A DNA stretch of 64,000 bases, from assembly GCA_013151775.1 (NCBI GenBank), contig JAADHO010000298.1:2853-66852 (forward strand). Reading direction: 5' to 3'. The notes below the pieces were generated by a model. It did not search any database and had not been told where the DNA came from. It saw only the letters and a program-made list of their open reading frames with translations. Made by a program: the position numbers and the translations under genes. Source of the stretch: Deltaproteobacteria bacterium. GTDB taxonomy: Bacteria > Myxococcota_A > Polyangia > Polyangiales > Houyiibacteriaceae. Shown here one piece after another: positions 35,857 to 46,556 of this stretch (its first letter is position 1; each line of letters begins with the position of its first letter).

Positions 35857-38136
35857 ATGCATCGTCATTGCCGCCTTCTCTCCTTGGTGGGCCTCGGCCT
35901 GCTTCTGTCCCTACCTCTGTCCACGTCGGCGCAGCTGAGCCCCGGCGGTGCGGCGAGACCCGCTGGGCTCGAGGCCCTCGCGGGTCCCGATGCCCACTTT
36001 CTGCGCGACGACGCCGGTCATCTGCGCTCCGCCTATGGCATGCACCTCGCGGTCGTGGGCGACGACGCACCCAGCCGAGCGCGCAAGGCCCTCGAGCTCT
36101 ACGGCGCACGCTTCGGCGCCCTCGCAGACGCCCTCGCCCTCGGACGCGTGACCCAGACCTCGGGTCTCACCGTCGTGCGCTTTCATCGACAGCTCGACGG
36201 GCTCGCCGTGCAGGCTCGGGGCGCGGTCGTGCGCCTCTGGCCCGACGGCCAGGTCGAGTCGATCCAGGCTCGCTTCGGCACGGCCGCACGGGCGCTCCCC
36301 GACGCTCGCCTGAGCGTCGAGCAGGCCCAGTCCGTGGTGCGCAGCGATGGCCTGCGTTTCCGCGAGCTTCAGCTCCTCGGCGTGCGTCAGGCGGCGCTCG
36401 ACCTCGGGGATCGCGTGGCGCGGGTCTTCGTCATCGAGGCGCAGGACGGAGAGCGATCCTCGACCCGCGTGGAGGCCTACGTGGACGCCCACGACGGCAG
36501 CCTGCTGCTCGCGCGTCCGCTGGTGCAAGAGGCCCTCGGCCGCGTCTGGGATCCGAACCCTGTGGTCGCCGACGGGATGACCAGCGACGTGGAGCTTCAG
36601 GATCTGACCAGCGCGCGCTTCCTCACCGGGCGCTACGTGCGGGTGTCGAGCTGCTCCGCCACGGGCTCGAGCTGTTCGGCGGCGCAGCGCGCGATGGCCG
36701 ACTCGGACGGCAATTTCCTCTTCGATCCCGTTGACCCCTCGTTCGACGATCCCTTCGCCGAGGTGAACGTCTACTTCCATGTGGATCGCGTGGCGCGCTT
36801 CTTCCGCGATCGCCTGGGCTTCGGCTGGACCTGTTGCGGTGACACGGGCGTGATCGAGGCCATCGCCAACTACACGGAGACGCCGGGCCTCGCCTTCGAG
36901 AACGCCTTCTATTCCCCCGCCTCCTGCGGTCGCGGAGAGTGTCCCTTCCTCGCCATGGGTCAGGGGATGAAGGACTTCGGCTACGACGGCGATGTGATCT
37001 ACCACGAGTACACGCACGGGGTCGTGGACCTGGTCTCGAGCATCGTGGGCTTCGACATCGACCCGCGCCGCGGAGTTCACTACGAACCCGGCGCCATCAA
37101 CGAGGGCACGGCGGACTACTTCAGCGGCAGCGTCACGGGGGATCCCGAGATGGCCGAGTACTTCACCGGCCTCGGAGGCAGCTTCGGCGCCGAGGGCGCG
37201 CTGCGACGCCTCGACAACAGCATGAGCTGTCCCAACGATCTCTTCGGTGAGGTCCACGCGGATGGCAACATCTGGAGCGGCGCGACCTGGGACGTGCGCG
37301 GGATCGTGGGTCCCGACGAGGGCGACGCCATCGTCTTCGCGACGCTCGTGGACTTCCCCGACAACCCGGACCTCACCCGCGCGGGCGAGACCTTGCTCGC
37401 CACGGCGGCGGCGTTCGAGGGCATGGGCCGGATCGACGCAGGGCAGCTCTCGGCTATCCAAGCCGCCATCGAGACGCGAGGCTTGGTCGGCTGCGATCGG
37501 GAGGTGCCCCTCGACGATGGGGAGATCCACCGCGGCTACAGCGGCAACGATCAGATCACGGGCAGCTTGGGCGCGAACGTCGCGCCGCTCCACTACCGGA
37601 TCGACGTGCCGGCCGACGCCACGCGCTTGACGCTGAACATCCAGAAGCTCACCTTCGCCGGTCGCTACGGGCTGTATCTGCGCGTAGGGGAGCCCGCGCT
37701 CTTCCGCTCGACGCGCCGACCGCCGCTGGTCGCGGACGGAGAGTTTCCGAGCACCTCCGAGGTCGTGCTCGACGCCTCGAGCGAGCTGCCGCTGCCGCGC
37801 TGTCAGACCCTCTACATCGGGATCATCTCGGAGGATCTCACCGACGTGGGGCAGAGCATCTACCAGCTTCAGGCGACGCTCGAGCGCAGCGGGGACGCCT
37901 CGGCTACGTGCCCAGAGCCTTTGATGGACGCTGGCGTGGCGGACGCCGACGTAGCCCTCGACGCGGGGCTCGCGGAGGACGCCGGCTCGGATGCGGGAGC
38001 CGACGCTACGGCCAGCGTGGGCGGCGGCGGTGGCTGCGGATGTCGCGTCAGCGCGGCCTCCGGCGGGCGCCCTCTGCTCGGCCTCTTCGGAGCTCTGGCC
38101 CTCGCAGGTTTGCTCTGGCGCCGTAGGCGGGCGTGA
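35857..38136 (+). CDS. secreted zinc metalloprotease (HExxH, M36/M4-like) with propeptide-like N-terminal region and MYXO-CTERM sorting tail
   Basis: ATG at 35857. The signal peptide is MHRHCRLLSLVGLGLLLSLPLSTSA. The zinc motif is VIYHEYTHGVVD, with a downstream INEGTADYF (Glu ligand-like). The C-terminus is GGGGGCGCRVSAASGGRPLLGLFGALALAGLLWRRRRA. Confidence 0.8.
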   Translation: MHRHCRLLSLVGLGLLLSLPLSTSAQLSPGGAARPAGLEALAGPDAHFLRDDAGHLRSAYGMHLAVVGDDAPSRARKALELYGARFGALADALALGRVTQTSGLTVVRFHRQLDGLAVQARGAVVRLWPDGQVESIQARFGTAARALPDARLSVEQAQSVVRSDGLRFRELQLLGVRQAALDLGDRVARVFVIEAQDGERSSTRVEAYVDAHDGSLLLARPLVQEALGRVWDPNPVVADGMTSDVELQDLTSARFLTGRYVRVSSCSATGSSCSAAQRAMADSDGNFLFDPVDPSFDDPFAEVNVYFHVDRVARFFRDRLGFGWTCCGDTGVIEAIANYTETPGLAFENAFYSPASCGRGECPFLAMGQGMKDFGYDGDVIYHEYTHGVVDLVSSIVGFDIDPRRGVHYEPGAINEGTADYFSGSVTGDPEMAEYFTGLGGSFGAEGALRRLDNSMSCPNDLFGEVHADGNIWSGATWDVRGIVGPDEGDAIVFATLVDFPDNPDLTRAGETLLATAAAFEGMGRIDAGQLSAIQAAIETRGLVGCDREVPLDDGEIHRGYSGNDQITGSLGANVAPLHYRIDVPADATRLTLNIQKLTFAGRYGLYLRVGEPALFRSTRRPPLVADGEFPSTSEVVLDASSELPLPRCQTLYIGIISEDLTDVGQSIYQLQATLERSGDASATCPEPLMDAGVADADVALDAGLAEDAGSDAGADATASVGGGGGCGCRVSAASGGRPLLGLFGALALAGLLWRRRRA
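38020..38133 (+). other. MYXO-CTERM-type C-terminal sorting signal (GCGC + TM + Arg cluster)
   Basis: The motif GGGGGCGC-R..(hydrophobic helix)..RRRRA is read directly. It matches the described Myxococcales-specific C-terminal sorting domain. Confidence 0.8.
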
Positions 38137-38149
38137 ACGCGCGGGCGCG

Positions 38150-38494
38150 TCAGCGTGGTCGCAGATCCAGGTCGATGACGCGATCGCTGCCGTCGAAGTA
38201 GACGGTCACCTCCGCGGGGTTGTAGCCCTCGCGCTCGGCCCGCACCTGTCCGAAGGGCACGTCGGATAGCACGGACATGCGGTAGCGGCCGCCGCTGCCC
38301 GTGCGCGTGCGCGTAGACAAGCCCGTGTCCGAGGTGAAGGTCACGTCGGCGCCCGACAGGCCCTCTCTGGAGAACTCGTCACGCACGCGTCCCTCGAGCT
38401 CGAAGCCCATGGTCGGGCCGGGCGACGCGCAGGACGCCAGCACCACGCCGAGCAGGGTCAGGCCGCAGAAGCGCCCAACCGCACGGACGCGCAG
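38150..38494 (-). CDS. small lipoprotein with carboxypeptidase-regulatory-like (CarboxypepD_reg) beta-sandwich; start codon unresolved
   Basis: The track ORF starts at GTG 38446 (MVLASC..), but the in-frame upstream codons encode a textbook lipoprotein signal (RLRVRAVGRFCGLTLLGVVLASC). The only in-frame start-like codon there is CTG at 38494. The body GRVRDEFSREGLSGADVTFTSDTG..RTGSGGRYRM fits the CarboxypepD_reg pattern. Confidence 0.55.
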   Translation of the reverse strand: MRVRAVGRFCGLTLLGVVLASCASPGPTMGFELEGRVRDEFSREGLSGADVTFTSDTGLSTRTRTGSGGRYRMSVLSDVPFGQVRAEREGYNPAEVTVYFDGSDRVIDLDLRPR

Positions 38495-38531
38495 ACGTCG
38501 AAGCTCGCTGAGCCTCGACCGCCCGTGAGGC

Positions 38532-39125
38532 TCAGCCAGAACCGCCCCGCTTGAGCTCGGTCAGCACCAACTTGGCGATGGCCTTCAGCGTATCGAAGAC
38601 CCCGAGCCCCGTGAGCGCGACGGCCTCGAAGTCAGGCACGCCACCCGGATTCAAGAGCTGGCGCAGCTCCTCCACGGGTGCGATGGCGGGCATGTCGCGC
38701 TTGTTGTACTGCACGACGTAGGGGAGCTTATCCAGGCTGTAGCCCTGCTCCGCGAGGTTCGTGCGCAGGTTCTCGATGGACTCGATGTTGGCTTCCGTGC
38801 GGGCGATCTGGGAGTCCGCCACGAAGACCACGCCGTCGACCCCCTTGAGGATCAGCTTGCGGCTGGCGTCGTAGAAGACCTGCCCGGGCACGGTGTAGAG
38901 ATGGAAGCGGGTCTTGAAGCCACGGATCTCACCCAAGGCGAGGGGCAGAAAATCGAAGAAGAGGGTGCGCTCGGTCTCGGTCGCGAGGCTGATCATCTTG
39001 CCCTTCGCGTCCGGGTTCGTCTTGTTGTAGATGAACTGCAGGTTCGTGGTCTTGCCGCAGAGCCCCGGCCCATAGAACACGATCTTGCAGTTGATCTCGC
39101 GCGAGAGATAGTTGATGAACGACAT
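38532..39125 (-). CDS. mglA: gliding-motility Ras-like GTPase MglA
   Basis: [33 protein letters not shown].. carries the P-loop [18 protein letters not shown] and VQYNKRD are present. Near full-length resemblance to M. xanthus MglA. It sits directly downstream of mglB. Confidence 0.95.
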   Translation of the reverse strand: MSFINYLSREINCKIVFYGPGLCGKTTNLQFIYNKTNPDAKGKMISLATETERTLFFDFLPLALGEIRGFKTRFHLYTVPGQVFYDASRKLILKGVDGVVFVADSQIARTEANIESIENLRTNLAEQGYSLDKLPYVVQYNKRDMPAIAPVEELRQLLNPGGVPDFEAVALTGLGVFDTLKAIAKLVLTELKRGGSG

Positions 39126-39133
39126 CTAGCGGC

Positions 39134-39616
39134 TCAATCGTTGAAGAGGTTGTCGATGTCGTCGTCCGTGATCTCGGCGAAGGGAGCCTCCCGCTCCGGA
39201 TCGTCCACCTTCGCGAGCAGCGCCTCGAAGATGCCGTTGAGCTGCTCGCTCGACTTCTTCACGCGCAACCGCACCAGCCCGAGGCTGGTCTTGTTGTCGA
39301 AGATCACCACGAGGATGACGCGGTTGCCAACCAACTGGATGTGGATGTTGGCTCGCTCACCTTCGTGGAACTGCGTGGTGAACTCATTCTCACGCAGCAA
39401 CTTCGCGATGCCTCCCGTGGCGGCGATGTTCCCGGCAGTCAGGGACGCGAGCGAAGTCGTGTCCACATCTGCGGTATCACCGGCCGACGCGATCAGCTGA
39501 CCATTTTTGTCGATGATGAAAACGACCTCGGCGTTTGCCTCACGAACCAAGCGATCGACGATCGCCTGGATCTGATTGAACTCCGCTTCGTACATCACCA
39601 TCTGCGGGTTCGCCAT
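39134..39616 (-). CDS. mglB: Roadblock/LC7-domain GTPase-activating protein MglB
   Basis: 160 aa. ATG 39616 is preceded by a GGAGGAG Shine-Dalgarno. The Roadblock/LC7 pattern is VVFIIDKNGQLIASAGD..SLASLTAGNIAATGGIAKLL. The tail is acidic. The mglBA gene order is conserved. Confidence 0.9.
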   Translation of the reverse strand: MANPQMVMYEAEFNQIQAIVDRLVREANAEVVFIIDKNGQLIASAGDTADVDTTSLASLTAGNIAATGGIAKLLRENEFTTQFHEGERANIHIQLVGNRVILVVIFDNKTSLGLVRLRVKKSSEQLNGIFEALLAKVDDPEREAPFAEITDDDIDNLFND

Positions 39617-39786
39617 GAACTCCTCCGACGGGTCCTCTCCCGGTCACCGGACCGGCCAGAACAACATTCCCGTAACTATCAGAGGCCATGGGGTGGGTAA
39701 AGGGTCTTGAGCAGCTCTCGCTGTCGATCGCGACTCGGCGACGTGGGCCCCGTGGCCAAGCCGCTCCCATGCACTAGGCTGCGGCT

Positions 39787-40150
39787 GTGCTCTTGCTGCC
39801 ACTGCGCCTCCTCGAGAATCTTTTTCGCATCCTGCTCGCACCCCTGTGGCTGCTGAGACGTCGCCTGATCCCTGGAGCCGCGCCGTGGGTGCGCCTGAGG
39901 CTCGAGGGTCGCTTGGCGCTGCTGCCTCCGGTCACCCCCTGGTGGCGCAGGTTCTTGCCCGACGGGGCGCGCAGATCGAGGGACTCTCTGGCGGGCATCG
40001 ACGCGCTGCTGCGGCGCCTCGGTCGCGATCCGCGCCGGCGCGGTCTGCTGCTCGAGATCCCGAGGCTACAGATCGGCTGGGGGCCGCTCGCCGGTCTACG
40101 CGCTCAGCTGATCGCGCTGCGAGGCTCGGGCAAGAAGGTCGTCGCCCACA
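39787..40150 (+). pseudogene. sppA: N-terminal fragment of signal peptide peptidase SppA, separated from the rest by a 1-nt frameshift
   Basis: The GTG 39787 frame encodes a TM-like N-terminus (MLLLPLRLLENLFRILLAPLWLL) and the S49 first-domain block LLLEIPRLQIGWGPLAGLRAQLIALRGSGKKVVAH. After about 40150 it degenerates into Arg/Gly-rich nonsense. Confidence 0.7.
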
Positions 40151-40162
40151 GAGGGTGGTGGA

Positions 40163-41464
40163 ATGCGCGCGCTCTACCTCGCGTCGGCCGCGGACCGGGT
40201 GATCACCAGCCCGCTCGCGAGCTTCGAGCTGGCGGGCATCGGCGCCACGACCCGCTACCTCGGCGCGGCCCTGGCCAAGCTCGGTCTGAAGGTAGAGCCC
40301 TTCGCCCAAGGGCGTTTCAAGACGGCCGTCGAGAGCCTGGCGAGCGGGCACATGAGCGAGCCTCAGCGGGAGCAGCTGGGGGCTCTGCTCGACGCCTTCG
40401 ATGTGGAGCTGCGGCGCGCCTTGGCCCAGCGGCCGGCCCTGGACGAAGAGGTGGTCGAGCGGCTCTTCGAGTCGGCATCGGCCGAAGAGGCGAAGGAGCG
40501 GCAGCTGGTCGATGCTGTGGCGTACGAGGACGAGCTCCCGCCGCTGCTCGACGCCGACCCCAAGCGTCCGAGCGTGAGCGCCTCCGCCTACCTCGAGAGC
40601 AGGCGCGCGCCGCTGCTCCGGCCGCTGCGCAGGCCCAAGCACCTGGCCGTCATCGAGATCCATGGTGCCATCACGCGCGGGGGCCGTGGGGCGAGCCAGC
40701 TCCGGCTGGTGCGCGAGCTGCGCGCGGCGCGGGCCGATCGTCGTGCGTTGGGCGTGATCCTCGACATCGACTCCCCGGGCGGATCAGCCCTCGCCAGCGA
40801 CTTGATTCATCGAGAGGTGCTGCGCCTGGCCGAGGAGAAGCCCGTGGTCGCCCTCTTTGGGGCCGTCGCTGCCAGCGGCGGCTACTACGTCGCGGCTCCG
40901 GCTCACGCCATCGTGGCGGCGCCCACTAGCATCACCGGCTCCATCGGCGTGATCGCCGCACGCCTCGACGCCAGCGCGCTGCTCGATCGCCTCGGCGTTC
41001 ACAGCGAGAGCCTGCTGCGCGCACCCCACGCCGATCTACTCGACCCCTCGCGCGAGTCGACGGACGCCGAGCGTGCGCTGATGGATCGGGAGCTAGCCGT
41101 CGCGTATCAGGGCTTCCTGAAGCGTGTGGCCCAAGGGCGCGGCCTGAGTGAGCAGCGCGTGCACGAGCTGGCGCAAGGTCGCGTGTGGTCCGGCGCCGAC
41201 GCCCACGAGCGCGGCTTGGTCGATCGGCTTGGCGGCCTCGCGGAGGTGCGCGCCGTGATCGCGGAGCGCCTGTCGATGCCCCTGGGGCGCGTCGAGCGCC
41301 TGGCCCTGCGTCGCGTCCGCGTGGGTCGCCGTCATCCTGCCCCGGCGCCGCCGCTCGAGGCGCTGTTGCGCGAGCTCTCGCCCGAGGCCGCCGACCTGTT
41401 GCGGCTCACGACCGGCTCGGAGCGCGTGCTGTACTACGATCCTCAGCTGCCGCGAATGCTCTGA
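40163..41464 (+). CDS. sppA: signal peptide peptidase SppA (S49 family), main body in the +1 frame
   Basis: Reading starts at (EGGG)MRALYLASAADRVITSPLASFELAGIG..GRFKTAVESLASGHMSEPQREQL. The second S49 domain is GVILDIDSPGGSALASD..VALFGAVAASGGYYVA..ITGSIGV..GRVWSGADAHERGLVDRLGG. Confidence 0.85.
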   Translation: MRALYLASAADRVITSPLASFELAGIGATTRYLGAALAKLGLKVEPFAQGRFKTAVESLASGHMSEPQREQLGALLDAFDVELRRALAQRPALDEEVVERLFESASAEEAKERQLVDAVAYEDELPPLLDADPKRPSVSASAYLESRRAPLLRPLRRPKHLAVIEIHGAITRGGRGASQLRLVRELRAARADRRALGVILDIDSPGGSALASDLIHREVLRLAEEKPVVALFGAVAASGGYYVAAPAHAIVAAPTSITGSIGVIAARLDASALLDRLGVHSESLLRAPHADLLDPSRESTDAERALMDRELAVAYQGFLKRVAQGRGLSEQRVHELAQGRVWSGADAHERGLVDRLGGLAEVRAVIAERLSMPLGRVERLALRRVRVGRRHPAPAPPLEALLRELSPEAADLLRLTTGSERVLYYDPQLPRML

Positions 41465-41591
41465 GCCCTGCGGGCTCCGTGGGCGGCGCCCCGGCGCTTC
41501 GCGCGCCCTTGTGCGGGAGGCGCTTTCGGGGCAAGCATGGCGAGATGGTGAGGGACGCTGAACGTTGGACGAGTTCAGGCCGGAGGGGGCG

Positions 41592-43208
41592 ATGACCTCG
41601 CCTTGGCGCAGGCTGGGCGCGTGGGTGGGGCGGCACATCGACCCTGATATGCCTCGACTCAGCGTCGTGCTCTGGCTGACGTCGGTCGCGCTCTGCGTCG
41701 TGGCGCTGCTTCCCGCCTTGGCCACCGCTCGCGCCTTCTTGGAGCTCGCGAGCACGCGCTTGTTGGAGTCCTACCCCATCCAATGGCTCGAGCCCCTCTT
41801 CTACCGATTCGCGCTGCGCTCGTTCAACGGTCTGCCGATCTACGGTCCGCCGACCACGGAGTACGTCGCGCCGATCTACGGTCCCGCCTTCGCCACCTTC
41901 GCCGGCGGCCTCTTTCGAGTCTTTGGTCCCGGCTTCGTGGCCATGAGGCTGATGTCCTTCGCGGGCTTCACGGCGCTATGCGTCGGCGCTGGCGTGTGGG
42001 TCCGCCGGGCATCCGGCAGCTGGCTGTGGTCCTGGGTGCCCGGGCTGCTGCTGATCATGCTGAACCATCCGATCAACAATTGGTTTCTCGTCACCAATGT
42101 CGACGTGATCTATTTCGCCTTCATCGTCGCGGCGCTTGCTCTCATCGACAGCTCGAAGTGGTCGACGTCGGTCGTCTCCGCGGTGGCGCTGTGCTTGGTG
42201 TTGGCGTGCCTGTTCAAGCAGAACGGCCTGGTGTTCGGCGTCGCCGTGTGTGCATACGCGCTCTTCCGCGATCGCCGCGCAGCGTGGAGGATCGTCTGGA
42301 TCGGAGCGGCTGTCCTGCTGCCGATCGCGATCGTGTTGCATCTGAGGTCCGAGGGTTGGTTCTGGATATCGACCGCCGCCATTCCCCTGGAGTCGATCAA
42401 GGATCCACGCGCCGACCATTGGAAAACGCTGATGAAGTTGTCAGAGTTGGCCACGTGGGCCTTCGCCCTCTCGCTGACGGCGCTGGTCGTGTTGGACAGA
42501 AAGCGTGGGAAGTGGGTCCTGTGGGTGCTGCTGCAGGGCGCCGCCGCCTGGGTCGCCTATCGCGCGTTCGCCAAGTCGGGCGGCGGTGAGAACAGCCTGC
42601 TGCCGGTGCTCTTCCTGGGGATCGTGCTGCCCTTCGTCGCCTTGGCGAAGCTGCGCAGTCGACTGAGCTGGATCTGGACACGGCAGCTGCTCGACGTGCT
42701 CACGCTCGCGGGCGTGGCCTTCGTGCTCATGCATCAGCCGCCGCCTCCCGCGGTGGCCAAGGCGCAGGCCGTGAGCATGCCCTCCTACGTCGCCTTCGAT
42801 CGCAAGATCGCTCAGGTGGTCGCGTCGGTGGACGGAGAGGTCTTCGTGGGTGCACGACCGAGCATCCTCTACGCCGCGGGGCGTCCGCAGAACTTTCATC
42901 AGACCACGCTCTACGAAGGGACGCATCGCACGTCGAGGTACGATCTGACGCAGGTGCTCGAGGAGGACTTGGCCGCGCACCGGTGGGAGAAGATGGTGCT
43001 CTGGGACTACCGCGAGCGAGCGTTCAATCAGCTCGTGGCGACGTACTACCGTCGCGCGCGGAGCCTCGGACGCGATCCGTTGATCGGCCTGGGCGTGGCC
43101 GTCTGGGTGCCGCGGAGCGATCCGTCGCCCGAGCCGCAGCCCGCGCCGTCGGCCGAGCCGCAGCCCGCACCGTCGACGCTTGCCGTGCCTCCCGTATTCC
43201 TTCGCTGA
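41592..43208 (+). CDS. polytopic membrane protein of GT-C/ArnT-like architecture with Pro-rich C-terminal tail
   Basis: ATG 41592 is preceded by GGAGGGGG; the track start is TTG 41565. More than 10 hydrophobic helices span the first ~380 aa, followed by a soluble domain. The tail is PSPEPQPAPSAEPQPAPS. The glycosyltransferase role is inferred from architecture only. Confidence 0.5.
   Translation: MTSPWRRLGAWVGRHIDPDMPRLSVVLWLTSVALCVVALLPALATARAFLELASTRLLESYPIQWLEPLFYRFALRSFNGLPIYGPPTTEYVAPIYGPAFATFAGGLFRVFGPGFVAMRLMSFAGFTALCVGAGVWVRRASGSWLWSWVPGLLLIMLNHPINNWFLVTNVDVIYFAFIVAALALIDSSKWSTSVVSAVALCLVLACLFKQNGLVFGVAVCAYALFRDRRAAWRIVWIGAAVLLPIAIVLHLRSEGWFWISTAAIPLESIKDPRADHWKTLMKLSELATWAFALSLTALVVLDRKRGKWVLWVLLQGAAAWVAYRAFAKSGGGENSLLPVLFLGIVLPFVALAKLRSRLSWIWTRQLLDVLTLAGVAFVLMHQPPPPAVAKAQAVSMPSYVAFDRKIAQVVASVDGEVFVGARPSILYAAGRPQNFHQTTLYEGTHRTSRYDLTQVLEEDLAAHRWEKMVLWDYRERAFNQLVATYYRRARSLGRDPLIGLGVAVWVPRSDPSPEPQPAPSAEPQPAPSTLAVPPVFLR
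43131..43178 (+). repeat. two tandem 24-nt copies (gagccgcagcccgcRccgtcgRcS) encoding EPQPAPSA/EPQPAPST
   Basis: Direct reading of the sequence. There are 3 mismatches between the copies. Confidence 0.85.
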
Positions 43209-43229
43209 GTGCGCTGCTGCTGAGCAGGC

Positions 43230-45680
<2,451 letters not shown>

Positions 45681-45791
45681 CTATGGATTTCGGTCCAAGG
45701 CAGAACATAGTCATGGGCTCTTGGGGGCGCAAGACGCGCATGCGTCTGGGAGGGAAGTGCGCGTGAAGTGCGCTAGCGCGGGATCGGGCGC

Positions 45792-46535
45792 TCAGGAGAT
45801 ATGGCACTCCACAGCCAGGCCGCGGTCTCGCACCAACACGCCGAGGCCTTCCCTGTCGAATTGTCGGCCCTGAACGAGGGGCCCGCAGAGGATGCCGTAG
45901 CTCGGGTCTCTGGAGGACACGAAGAAGGACATGTCGTGCTCGTCGTTCAGCCACTCGTCGAGCTCTTCGGCGGCGTCGGCGCGATTCAGGTCTGGACTCT
46001 GGTCGACCCAGTCCGCGATCGCGGCGGCGAGGGGGGCAGCGCCGGCGAGCGTCACCTTCCACTCGCCTCCGCGCCAGTGGGCCTCGCCCCAGCTGCCCGC
46101 TCGCAGGCTCGCCCGCCCGGAGCCCAGCTCGTCGTCGGTGCTCAGGAAGACGAACACGGGCTCCCCGGCCGCCACGTCCGAGGGCACGAATGGAAACGCG
46201 TCGTGGACCCGGGCGAAGAGCGTCGGGTGAGCTCGCTGCAAGCTGGCCAGCCGGGTCGGCGCCGTGAGCACGTCCTCCATCGAGACCGTGACCGCCGCGG
46301 GATCCCCAGAGACCGAGGCGATGGGCAGGCCGATGTAGAAATACTCGCAACCGAAGAGGGCCGGGCTGTCGTCCGGCCCCAACACGGGCACATCCGCGAA
46401 GAGCCGCAGGCCGCCCTCGGTGAGCGTCTCCAGGCGGGCGTCGAGTTCACACATTTGCCGCATCGTGATGTTGTCGGAAACGCGAAATCCATGGGCGCAG
46501 TAGAGGCCGGCGAGCGGAACATCAGTCGGTAGCAT
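45792..46535 (-). CDS. hypothetical cytoplasmic protein, co-transcribed partner of the giant LRR protein
   Basis: ATG 46535 is preceded by a GAGGA Shine-Dalgarno in the 21-nt gap after the LRR gene stop. 247 aa. No signal peptide and no motif recognised. Confidence 0.6.
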   Translation of the reverse strand: MLPTDVPLAGLYCAHGFRVSDNITMRQMCELDARLETLTEGGLRLFADVPVLGPDDSPALFGCEYFYIGLPIASVSGDPAAVTVSMEDVLTAPTRLASLQRAHPTLFARVHDAFPFVPSDVAAGEPVFVFLSTDDELGSGRASLRAGSWGEAHWRGGEWKVTLAGAAPLAAAIADWVDQSPDLNRADAAEELDEWLNDEHDMSFFVSSRDPSYGILCGPLVQGRQFDREGLGVLVRDRGLAVECHIS

Positions 46536-46556
46536 TTTGGAAAGTCCTCGACGCTC

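Noticed and set aside
40151-40929. Continuation of ORF 39787-40929 beyond the frameshift point.
   Set aside because: It is Arg/Gly/Ala-rich nonsense, while the +1 frame carries contiguous SppA homology.
43201-43229. A possible bidirectional terminator hairpin between the GT-C-like gene and lon (ctgagc-ag-gctcag).
   Set aside because: The stem is only 5-6 bp with a 2-4 nt loop and no U-tract. This is too weak to call.
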